Positions 50,174-61,570 of a stretch of 64,000 nucleotides of DNA are shown here, piece after piece. The first letter of the stretch is position 1, and each line of letters begins with the position of its first letter. Below the pieces are notes generated by a model. It did not search any database. It saw nothing but the letters and a program-made list of their open reading frames with translations, and was not told where the DNA came from. A program made the position numbers and the translations under genes. The stretch comes from Marsupella aquatica (Eukaryota; Plantae; Marchantiophyta): NCBI GenBank assembly GCA_973895155.1, contig OZ316891.1:716143-780142 (forward strand), in the 5' to 3' direction.

Positions 50174-52059
50174 GAAGATAGGTGTTGGACGCGGCATGCG
50201 AATGTTTGCATTGTTTGAATTTAATTCTTGTTGAGGATTGAGGAAAAAGACGTCAAATGTTCGAAGCTGATTGAGCAAATGATCGAATAATGCCAGAAGG
50301 ATTATTTATGGAAGAATTCTTTGAGTGTAGGGGTAATGTCTATATTCTTTCATTTTTGCCACATGTCGCAAAAAGTGAAAGTAAATTTGTGGACAGCCAA
50401 AATCAAATTCGAGGCTAATATTGTATTAACCAGCTAGGATGAGCTCAGAAAACAAGATGGTCACTCAGACATTTGTAACCGATGACTGCAGTGCTGTAAT
50501 TTGGTTGAAATTGTCTGGTTTGGTACATACATCATCATACATGATTTGGTTATTCGTGCGTATTCCTTTTGTTCTCTGTAGAATCCTATTTCATATCTTC
50601 TTGTTCACTGTGAAAATTCTCCAAATTGTGAGTTCATGATCGGTTAATTTCTACTGTACCGAAAGATACATGCTGAACTTTGATTTAAGAATTACATAAT
50701 GCTCGATTCTGACTGCCATTCTCAAACCAGTTTCAGTAGAGACCCGGTCAATCTATTTCGTTGGAGAGATTAACGCATCGATCGGGCTGCTGGTATCGAG
50801 CATGGGTGATGTCAAATTTGTTCATTCGCGCCGAGACCATCTTCTCTCAAACTCGTACACTGAATACAAAGTGACAACATTCAACAGCGATCTTTGCTGC
50901 CACACTTCTGTGCCCCACATGTGAATCTACCTGAATTAGAAAGTCGAATTGAGACAATTTAAATCTTTCGGGTGTGGAAAGGATCTCCCCGAAAGAAAGC
51001 AGAGTGTGGGTATATCTTGCCCACAGAATTTGACCTGTTACTTCTGATGACCCCTAGCTAAATCTTACTGACAGATCCATGTGGCGGAGGTCACAGTTCG
51101 AAATTAAAGTAGTGCCTACAGCATTCATTCATTAGTCTAGAAGTCCTGTCCACGATAGAGTAGAAGAGTATGACCATGGATGGTACAAATTCGATTGAAT
51201 GAGATGAGCCTGGTCGCCATCAACGATAAGATGAGAAATACCATCCAGAGAGTGCTCAGGAAGAAAGTGTGGACCCGATACAGTGTAATTGATGGGTCCC
51301 AAGTCCCACGAGAAGAGTGACTATCCGTGCTACGGATTACACATCAGTTTGGTTTGGAAAGGAAACATTTTTTAATTTAAGGTTAAATCATCTGTTCACT
51401 AATTTTCTCTCCCATGGCGCATCCGGTGGGGACCTTTCTTCGGAGGAAACACACAATGATACAGAGGTAGGACGCAAGTGCGGACGTCCCAACTCACTCG
51501 AGAAGGGTATCCGTGCTCCTTACACGCGAGCCTGGTTTGGATAGGGGACCTTGAAAAAAAGTAAGGTTACTCATGTGTTCTCTTAAATAACTCTTATATT
51601 CCACAATGCACCCTGGTACAGATTGTTTTCTGAGGAAAGTGCCCCTAGAAAGACGTCTAATTGGCTTGTAGATGACGAACCCCCCACCCTGGTTTTTTTT
51701 GTTTTTCATACAAATTCAACTATTGCAAGCTCCTTTGATGCACACACCCCCAACCCACCAAAGACAGTTTGCACTTGAACTCATGGCTAAACGAGACGAA
51801 AATTAATTGTCTAGTCGGAACTGAAATTAAAAAGTGCTGGTCACAAGTCACTATTGGCCATATGAGTTGACCAGAGGGCCCCACACAACTAGTTCAGGAG
51901 AAACCATTTGGGAGTCCAAAATGTGAGCAAGAGGTGTTCTCCTAACTCCCATCCCCCACAATGCCCTCGGGAAGGAACATTTTAGTACTCTGTATATCTT
52001 CTTCTTCCGAATGCACGTTTCGTAGGACTCCAAAAACTGTAAGAAGAAGGCATCCCAGC

Positions 52060-52655
52060 AGATTGATGTTCTTGCAAGTCACACCCAGAGCGTCGAGGTT
52101 ACTTTGGTGTCTGAATGGATCTCTTGTCTGGCTTGGTGAGGAAATCGAAGTGGCTCTGTGTCGACTTTTCATACTATTTTGAGTACCAAATTGAGGACAC
52201 ATTGTTTTTTGTGGCTTCCACTGGATTCAAACTCGCTAAATTCTGAGATTGACAGAAGCTGATACAAGAAGATTGCCAAATAAAGCAAGACGGTTTGGGC
52301 CAAAGCGCTGTATGGAAACAGTGCAACCTTTCTTACCAAAAAGCTTTGGTGCCGGACCTAGTTTTACATATTATAGTTTTCATTTGCTTACATCGAAGAA
52401 TCAAGAGAAACTGCTTTCCTTTCTGCCAATACAGGTGTTTTTATATTGGTGACGTTTAACATCCGAATAACTACGGTTGAAGAAACTAAGAATTATTTTC
52501 GTAAGACCAACTATGCAACAACATCCAGACCTGTAGCTAAGCCAATAGATATGTGGTAGGTACCACTCAGAAGCGCTTGGCAAGGTACAGAACGTCGTTG
52601 CGAAGAAATGTTGCTACTGCATAAGGCTACAAAGACAGACAGAATACAATATTGT
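52060..52655. repeat. Inverted partner of 10341-11270, lying in the 3' flank of the terpene synthase
   Basis: Reverse complement aligns with 10341-11270 without the internal duplications. Confidence 0.85.
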
Positions 52656-52828
52656 TCCCAAGTTCACCCTAGGTTGAAGCACTGGAATGATTGTATTTTG
52701 CCTTTGAGAACAGATTCACTAGCTAGTGTTCAGTTGTGAGAGTTGACAAGAGTTTCCAAAGTTTGGCCTTCAACCTTACGTTGAAATTGGCGCTGGTAGA
52801 TTGTTTTTTGCCTTCGAAAGCAGATTCA

Positions 52829-54940
52829 CTAGTTTTCAGTTGTGAGAGTTGGCAAGGGGTCACAAAGTTTGGCCAAAGGCCAATGTACGCTTCGCAGGCC
52901 GTCAACATAGTAGTACATCAGTACGATTGTGCGGGAAGTTGAGAGCAAGATCTGCTTGGCTTGGTATGGAATTCGACCTTGCAGAATTGCTTCTGTAGTT
53001 TCTTCCACAGCTGATTGCCCGAATTCTTGTGTCTTGTTAATAGCATCCTCCAATGTAAACCCTGGATTTTCCTCCATGAGAAGGTGGATAAATTCTGGCT
53101 TACCCTCCGCAGCCATCTCATGCTCGTAGCTTTTTATGTCATTCAAGAACCTTGCCGCTTTTGACATACCAAACAACGATTCCATGTCAGGTCTAGTTTG
53201 GAAAAACGACGGGCTGAATGTGAATCCAGGAATGGAGTAGTAAAGCATAGGGCATCCAGTTTCGACGGCGAAACTCCATTTTCCATACTCTTCCACGTAC
53301 TCTTCTGTTGTGAACTTGTAGTTTTCTTCCACCCATCTTTTCTCGTTGACGTACACCTCCAACCTTACCATCCAAATGTCAATGAAAGTTCGGAGGAGAT
53401 CTCGTCCATTATACCATTTGGAGGACTCTTGTGCCCATTCTATCGTGACGTCGTACATTGCATAATACACCACCTTCATGGCTTTGAATCGTTCGTCTTG
53501 AATATTGGGGATCTTCTCCAATATCGACGGATCAAATTGTCTGAAAGCATCCATGAAGATGAGAATTTCGTCCATGCTGTAGGACGAGGAACCCTCATAC
53601 ATGTCGTCCTGCAGAATCATCAGGTACCAAATTTTGGCCCACACTTCCCGTGAGTACGAGTACCTCGCCTGTGGCATGTCATATCCCCAGCCCAGATGAA
53701 AGCAGTATAAATTCGACACAACACGCACGTTGACCTCTGCCCCTCGAGTCTCCTCGCTCCACCTTTCGCAAGCATGGAGCTCCTGTTGGAAAGCTGACTG
53801 GTAGTGATTGAACAATTCGGTTGCAGTAGAGAGCATGAGAGAGATCACCTCGGACGACAGCCTGCCAGTACTAGAGAATCTAGCCATGATGCTCTCTATC
53901 TCCAAGTTTAGTACTGTATGTCTTGTCTCCAACATTCTGAAGTTGACAGCCCATGGAAACGAGAGCCTGTATTTCACCTCGGCATAAGTTTTTTCTGACA
54001 AAGGTTCGGCGCCGTTCAGTAAGCTAGTAAGGGCAGTCGATGCAAACTTGGACGCATCGTGCAGAATTGCATCACGGCGGAATTTGAGATCGGATGCTCG
54101 AAGGAGATTCAGCAGGTCGATCAGATCTGCACTTGCAGCGGAATCTCCGGAACCCATCGGAGGTGTTTTGCAGAAACTCCCATCCTCCTTTTTGTACAGT
54201 TCGAAAATACTGGGTTGGACGTCGACGTACTCGTGAGAGCGAAGAAGGTAGAATGCCAAAGCAACAACTTGCAAATCCCCAAAAATTGCAGCCGTTTTAG
54301 GCAGGCTGTTCTCCGTCCAGACTCTGAAAACACGATCAAAAATAGCCTTTAGCTCTTCACGGAAGTATACATCCAAGCCCAATCTCTCGAGACAGTCCGC
54401 CACGGCGAGAAGCTCGTAGTAATTATTAGTCTTGCCGTCGTCAATGTCCGATAGGCGCAAGAGTGCCCTCAGTTTTTCAATGGGAGCCTGGAAGACACCT
54501 TCAGCTTCCTCATTTCTGGGAGGTCCGTATTCAGAACACGTATCCAGATAAGCTCGATAAGCATCATCAGCCTGTATTTGCGTGAGGGCGTGAGCTTCAA
54601 GAGCACTGCTCAAAACTTGACACAGGTGTGCTGAGCTGCTCCTCTTCGCTTTCTGGGACGAGCCGTCAAGTTTTCCAGAGAGCGCCGGCCCGTCCTGATT
54701 TGTGCTAAGTCGTGGTGATGGTGAGGAGGAGTGGTTGTATGCTGAACGAACCACACCTGCACGAATTCCTCGCTGGAGTCTCAGCCGAGATGATTTGGAA
54801 GCAGTGGCATTCGCGGATCTCGACCTTCTGAGCGCACTAGAGCTTTGCACTGCGCCAATGGACTGATTCGTCTGCTGCTGCAGCTGCAGCAGACTGAGAG
54901 TGCGTCCTTGCAAACACTGCATCTTGCTGGCGAGTTCCAT
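52829..54940 (-). CDS. Class I terpene synthase of the typical plant TPS fold (beta-alpha didomain, putative plastid transit peptide), 703 aa from ATG 54940, intronless
   Basis: S/R/A-rich N-terminus; beta-domain DCLERLGLDVYFREELK and DLQVVALAFYLLRSH; LLNLLRAS; alpha-domain LQDDMYE (DDxxE) and RFLNDIKSYEHE (NSE/DTE); no gamma domain and no DxDD at the class II position. Upstream in-frame ATG 55033 is an alternative start. Confidence 0.93.
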   Translation of the reverse strand: MELASKMQCLQGRTLSLLQLQQQTNQSIGAVQSSSALRRSRSANATASKSSRLRLQRGIRAGVVRSAYNHSSSPSPRLSTNQDGPALSGKLDGSSQKAKRSSSAHLCQVLSSALEAHALTQIQADDAYRAYLDTCSEYGPPRNEEAEGVFQAPIEKLRALLRLSDIDDGKTNNYYELLAVADCLERLGLDVYFREELKAIFDRVFRVWTENSLPKTAAIFGDLQVVALAFYLLRSHEYVDVQPSIFELYKKEDGSFCKTPPMGSGDSAASADLIDLLNLLRASDLKFRRDAILHDASKFASTALTSLLNGAEPLSEKTYAEVKYRLSFPWAVNFRMLETRHTVLNLEIESIMARFSSTGRLSSEVISLMLSTATELFNHYQSAFQQELHACERWSEETRGAEVNVRVVSNLYCFHLGWGYDMPQARYSYSREVWAKIWYLMILQDDMYEGSSSYSMDEILIFMDAFRQFDPSILEKIPNIQDERFKAMKVVYYAMYDVTIEWAQESSKWYNGRDLLRTFIDIWMVRLEVYVNEKRWVEENYKFTTEEYVEEYGKWSFAVETGCPMLYYSIPGFTFSPSFFQTRPDMESLFGMSKAARFLNDIKSYEHEMAAEGKPEFIHLLMEENPGFTLEDAINKTQEFGQSAVEETTEAILQGRIPYQAKQILLSTSRTIVLMYYYVDGLRSVHWPLAKLCDPLPTLTTEN

Positions 54941-55193
54941 GGCGACGAATTTCACAGCAAAGAATGCTTGAAAGTGTGCATATATATGGTGTCCGAGGAG
55001 TGAGCATCGTAGTGCTGTCTGAATTCCCTCCATAAATTAAAACAAGTGAAAAAACAAAGTTCAACTTTCTCGATGTTTTGAGGCAGGAGAACTTTGATTT
55101 CTCCGTCAATGCGCAAATATCTTACAAATACATCAATACCTGTATTTGTCGTTTCTAGATCCTCTATATTCCATGAGCATAGTGTATTGCGTG

Positions 55194-55292
55194 AATATTC
55201 TCCCCGAGAAGTGGCCAATGAGAGAATGTTCTCCCCAAGAATTGGCCAATGAGAGAATGTTCTCCCCAAGAGAATTGGCCAATGAGAGAATG
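55194..55292. promoter_or_regulatory. Three tandem ~31-33-bp units each containing CCAAT (two as palindromic ATTGGCCAAT), 250-350 bp upstream of the TPS start
   Basis: TTCTCCCC..GAA(T/G)TGGCCAATGAGAGAATG x3; the repeat is certain, the regulatory role is inferred. Confidence 0.4.
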
Positions 55293-57029
55293 GGAATACA
55301 ACAATGTGTAATTTGCACTTCGGAAAGTTTTCATTTTTCAGAGCACTCACTCCACCCATAATCACACTCCTAATCACATATCAAAATGTGATTGCATTCA
55401 TTCATTGATTGAAATAAAAAAACTAGGATTATCACTATTGTATGCAAAGGTGCCGTATATAATATATGTCATATTTTGATGTGCAGTTATCGAGACCCCT
55501 CACTCGAGGTTGTTGCGCTCTCCGAGCATCTCCAACTTATAGGGACGAGCCTGAGGTTGTTGGGCTCCCGGAGCAGCATCTCCAGCTTATAGGGACTAGC
55601 CCCATGTAAATACATATCAAGAAAAATCTTGCACAACAAATTTATATACTATTTTGGTTACTAAGTCTTTTTCCATCCTTGTTTTTGTACATACTCATTT
55701 TAGTTTTGTCTGTATTTAAAGTTAATGTCAGTTTTGTCCTCCTTCATCTACAATTTTAACTTGTTGAAACTCTTAATTGGGAGTTACTCTCTAGATGTTT
55801 CACTCTAAACCTAGGCCCTTAAGAGTAGGCTTAGTTGGCTCTTTCATAGGAATATTTTGTTACCCTCTATATATTCTACGAGCATAGTGTACTGGTTGAA
55901 TACTCCCCAAGAATTGGCCAATGAGCAAATGCCAATACAGTATTCTATAATGCACACTTTGGAATGCGCCAATACAATATTCTGTAGTGTGTTCTTTCAC
56001 AAAAGTGAAGTGTCCATTGGCCGAGTTAGTTTATAATAATTTACTATCTTTGCACTCATTGGCAATGGAACAAATGGTTTCAGAAAAAATTGATACTTTG
56101 TCAGGTAATAGATTGGACATCAGAGAACATGAACATGCTGGAAACAGAGATCCAAACAAATTTTAAATAAATGCACAACTTTGCTGCAAACTTGCATTTT
56201 ACAGTTCATCAAGACACCTGGAAAAACCAAGGACAAACTACTTGGGGCGTCCTTCTCAAAAGTGAAACATCCTTCTAAAGATAGCCTGACAATGTGTATT
56301 TTGGGTGTAAAGTGAAGTCCTGTGTGTCACAATCCATGGGGGTGGGCAAAACAAACCCTGGGTCCATCCTGGCTTAACTTTCCGTTTCCATGCTCCTTAT
56401 ATTGTGTAGTGTAGTTAGCTATCATGGTCAACTGAAAAGTAGCCACAACCCTCACAAGAGAGATCCTAAGTAACAACAGAGATCACCAACTGGCAACAGT
56501 CCCTATATTAAAATCTTGAAAACCCAACAATCAACCATCCCAATAGAGAGTCAGCTACTTCCGGACCAGATCTAGTAACCAACGCATAGATTAAGTGAAA
56601 AAAAAACCCATGAAGACCCGGTAAGGTTCTAGTGAATGAGTTGGCCCTGACTTTTTGTATTTTGTTAACTGGCTGGGCTGGTCACCACCCAGATACAATA
56701 ACCAAACCCAGTAGGATTGAAAATGCTCTAGTAGTACTAGCAGTATGGTATTTGTCATCGCTCCTTTTCTCCAAACCAAGTGTGCAAAACAACTTGATAG
56801 CTAGTAAAAGTTTGGATTTTTTTTCATGCCAGAAAAAGTCATAATGGCATGTAAACAATTGTGCTTTACTGGAACCCTTTGACCACAAAATTGCAGAGAA
56901 AAATCTGTCCTTATGCAAGGAGAAATAAGGGGTCGACCCAGAGGAGCCAGGCAGAGCATTCATGAACCTCCTTGCAAAGCAAAAATGGACGTATTGTGTG
57001 GCCTGAGCATTAGACCTTGTCTGATGCTG

Positions 57030-60000
57030 CTATATGGTGAATGCACATTACAGATTTATTCAGATTTTTGTGTCATGTATTTTCATTTCAATCTGCCTTA
57101 TCAAGGGGCAGCCTTTGTATTCTATACATTTTTAATTAATTTTTAGACCCCTTTAGTTTTAGGTATTCTAGAGTGTTTTGAACTTATTTTGGCAGCCCCC
57201 TTTCACAGTATGTGTTTTAGTAGAGATGAAACCAAAGGTTCCACCACCACGAGTGAGAGAAATGATGCTGAAGAACATGAATGCATAGCCTTTTAAGTTC
57301 TTCTCATGTTTTTCTTTCCTAGGTTTATGGTTTTTATTGAAAGGAGTGTCATTCATAAGGCACCCTGAGTAAAGTGCACACATCGTAGCATCTTTTGACT
57401 GTACCTTTTCTTGGTCACTGTGCTTTCCTTGGCAGACACTTTACTTATATAACAGCACTTCTATGCTCTCATATTTTATTTACTTTCACATCACTACAAG
57501 ACAAATAAATAAAGCATGTTCCAGGATGAGTATGCTATATGGACTAACTACACTGTCTACAGGAGCAACTCACAGTTGCTCCTTGACTGCCAGGGAACTT
57601 TAATTCACTTGATCAGTAAAGTTTGATCTATACCATACCACTGGCTTCTCGTCACTTCTTTGGTTCACAAGATATCTATAACACTGCCAAAGGGCAGAAA
57701 GTGCCATACCGGAAGTGGTCCAGAAGGCAAAGACCCAATGAAAGGGGGAAAATAAAGGAAAACCCCTGGAAGAGCAAAGAGCCAGAAAGCCAAAATTTTC
57801 ACTTGAAAACAATTGAGTGCAAGGTTCACAAAATGCAATGTCGGCGTTCAAACACTTGAATAGCACCAACAAGCTCACTTGTCCCGAGAATGAGACCAAA
57901 CTAGGACATGCCAAATTTGGAGCTCAAAAATAGCCATATGTGGGTTACTTTGCAACTAGAGTTATGCTCTCCTGAGTCCTGAATGCATGATTATTGATAG
58001 GCAGTCTGATTCAGAAATAACAGACAAGGGCCCCCCTTTCATCATTCAATGCCAAATTTCCACTGAATTCACCAGACATCATCCAATATATAAATTCAAT
58101 TCATTTAGAAATTCATTTATGTTGTCATGAACTGGAATATTTTGGTATCAAAATATAATAAGCACAGGGCTAACTTTCTCTGACTTGTACTTTATCTCTA
58201 GTAAGCCTAGTCTGGTGTTGCTTGTATTTTTTGTCCTGGACTTTCTGCCTCAAAGTCACTAAGATACTGTCCCTCTATAATTTGTATGGGACAGACCACT
58301 CCCGAGCAGGCCTTGGGTACTTCGTCATGGTTGGATCTATCCGGGACTTGGTTCTGGAGCTACCTTCCTGTGCTGCAAATCGCATGTATCAGCTATCAGC
58401 TGGCAATAAACTTAGTTGACCATCTATTAAACCACACCTGCCACTATAAAAGCCTCATTCCATGTCTCACTACTCACCGTAAAAGGTGGAAACCTAGCAC
58501 CTTTTGTGGAGTACTTGCCAAAAAAAGGTTTTCCAGTCAGCACCTTTTGTGGAGCTCAAAACCCATTTCTGAACTTGTACTCTTTAGAATGAGAGCTACG
58601 GGTTACCCATAGCCCTTTATAGGGGCAGGTGTGGTTTAACTAAAAGGGAAAAAGGCCAGCTACAAGACAAGGACCTAAAGGGAACTGATTCCACCATAGA
58701 CGGGATGATCAGATTTTTATCCCGGATAGAAAGTAAGACACCACTACCCCCAAATATATTCTGCGTCTGCTGCATATTATTATATCGGTCACTGCTTGTG
58801 TTACTTCTAATTTTCTCCACTCCAACTTCACATATAACCTCATTTCCATCCAACTCTCCTTCTCTTTCTCTGGCACACATCTCATTTTCCCAATAATCCA
58901 ATTAGTAACCCCAAGAACAAAATGCCACAGCTTCATGTTGAGATTTTCAGATAGGTGTTGGCATTAATCTTTGGGAAACACCAAACGCGGTCCTTGTTAA
59001 GTAACAGAGTAACAACACACGGACAAGGGAGTCACCTGAATCTCAGGGTGACTTTACAAGTCATAAGGCTCATTGTTTTCGTTTTTCCCTCTCAGACTAG
59101 ATATGCTCTGTATACTGAATGCAAACATCTGCATTGGCTTTAAAAGAACTTGGGTCCACTGACCGTCTTACAATGCAAGCAGTGGACCTAAGTGATTGTT
59201 GATGGGAATGTTAATTTTACCAATAATTTCCAGGGTCAAACTCTTCCAAACTTGGGCTCCTTTATTTGAGGGATTTGCATTATTGAACTTCATTTGAAAA
59301 GATTTATGGTCTGGAGTCTAATTTTGTGGTCACGAATTGCCCCATTCACCCATTGCAAAAGTGAGATTCATGTTACATACACTGAGTTAAAATGCTTGAG
59401 CCAAAATGTGTCGGTCTTAAGAAAAATAAAGTAAGGGGCAAGATCCCAAATAGTAAAAGACCAAGGGTCCATCCTCTAATAAAACCACCATTCTTTAGAC
59501 CATCTCAAAAGGTGGTTGAAGCTTTTTACTAATGAAGGCCTCGAGAGCCAAAAACAAGTGAATCACATGGGCCCACTAACAGGTGATCCACTAGGATCAC
59601 TAATGCTTTTGCCAGATTGTGCCCCCAAGTTCATCTAAAGTGAAGGATGGACTGTTCCCATTTGAGAACTATGTTTAAACAAAAAGCCCAGTCTCAAAGT
59701 TCTTGGAATGACCCCTTTGGAACAAAAAGTGGCCCTCCAGTTGGCTTCGGAGGACAAAAGAAATCACAACTGCCCCGGACTTTTGGTAAAAATATCCAGC
59801 CAGGCTGGTCACTAATGATCATAAGACAACTACACGACAGACAAGGCACTGGCCAAACTAATTGGGACAAAGGGCAGTAGGACCCCACATTATGATAATG
59901 TTATATGGTGAATCCATTTTTCAGATTTTGTCTTATTTAGATTTTGTGTCCAGTATTTAGATTTTATTGTGCCTTAACAAGGTGAAATTACTAGATGGTG

Positions 60001-60695
60001 AATGCATTTTTCAGATTTTGTCTTATTCATATTTTTTGTCTAGTATTTTGATTTTAGTGTGCCTTAACAAGGTGAATCATTTGTATTAATTTGATTTTGA
60101 ATTAACTTTTGGATCCATTTTAATTTTAGTGAACTTAGTCTATTTTAAATGTATTTGGCTCCCCTCCTAATTGTTTAATCTTTCATTTTCAATCACTCAT
60201 TAGTGAATTTTCTTTTTTTTTTCATGAAAGTGAGAGAAATGAATTTGAACAATGTGCACATTTGGTATACTAAATTACTCTTCTGGTTTTCTTTATAAAA
60301 TTTATGATTTTAATTGAATTGACTGTAATTACCTAAAAACAAATGAAAATATATACTATGTGTGCACAACTCTTTAGTAATTCTGTACTAATTTATGGTT
60401 TGAATTGGCTCTAATTACCTAGAAGCAAATGAAAATCTGTACTATATGTGCACAACTTTTTAATACTTTTGTATTTTCTTGGAAATCTATATTATATGTG
60501 CACAACTCTTTAATATTTTTGTATTTTCTTGGTCATAATGTACGTTTTTTCCATGTGTACTTGTGATTTTGGGTGTTATGTGATTCACTCTTAATTACCA
60601 GATATTAATGTATTGGCATATACTTTACACATAACTTTACATATCACTAGAAGACAAAGAAAGAGGCACATTCGAGGATGAAGATGCTATACTAC
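57030..60695. repeat. Two diverged copies of an AT-rich dispersed repeat (57030-57545 and 59900-60695, the latter with internal 60-90 bp duplications)
   Basis: Shared ATGGTGAATGCA..CAGATTT.. start and ..TCACTAsAAGACAAA..AGGATGA..ATGCTATA end. Confidence 0.6.
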
Positions 60696-61411
60696 ATAGG
60701 AGACTGTGATCTCGAGCAATTCATGGGGTCCATTTGGTCAAGTTATGCACCAAAAACAGCCCGTGAGAACTGGAAACAAAAGCCAGAGAGAAACGGGCAT
60801 AGCCAATTGGGTGTATTATTTTCCCTTTGTATATTTCTGTATTAGATGGAACGCTTACAGACTGCCCATCACAGGAGTGCAAGGGCATTTTGAAATTAGT
60901 CCACCAGTTGTCTCTTGGTAAGGAAATTGCATAAAAATTAGGTTTGTCTTCAAGAGTTAAGACAGGAATTTTTTCAAGGGCTAAGTTTCTTGGTAGATGG
61001 GCATTTCTTGGTAGATGGGCAATTTTTAAGGTTTTTATTTTTGTCCGCTAGTGCAATTGTCACCTGGGGTCAAGTAGATGATTCTAAAAATCTTTCTTAC
61101 ATGTGTTTCTTAGATTAATTCTTGAACATTAGATTCAAATCAATTTTTGAATCATCTGATTGTTCTGCATCTTTGCCTCTCCTCCACGCCTCTTCCTCTC
61201 CTCTACATTTTCGGCATAAACATTGGGCTAGTATTTTTTAATAGAATTAAGGGAGATCTAATGGTTACCTATTAATCTAAGAAATTTATATAAAGAATAT
61301 TCTTAGAACCTTCTATCTCATTGTACCAGGTGACATTAGCCAAGTTAACCTTTAAAAATAGATTTAATTGCAAAGACTACACTCAGGGCAATTGGCCGGT
61401 TGACCACTAAA

Positions 61412-61570
61412 CCAGCTGATTTTGGTCAATTGGTTAGGGGATGAGCCTAGAACTGAAAAGTCCCATATTCAATCTCCCCTTCATTGCATAAAGGGTGTGG
61501 AGGGTATGTGTGTGTATTTGTGTGTGGGGTGTAGTGATGAGAGTCTTAGTTTCTCCTGCGCCCCTGGTTG
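61412..61570 (+). mobile_element. tRNA-like SINE head homologous to 23468-23623, fused to the 5' side of the non-LTR element
   Basis: GGATGAGCCTAGAACTGAAA.GTCCCA..TTCAATC..GGGTGTGGAGGGTATGTGTGTGT..GGGGTGTAGTG..CCCTGGTTG shared with the SINE. Confidence 0.85.

Noticed and set aside
54437-54450. DIDD in the TPS (LSDIDDG) as a class II DxDD motif
   Set aside because: Lies upstream of the LERLG helix; the canonical class II position reads DLQV, and the gamma domain is absent.
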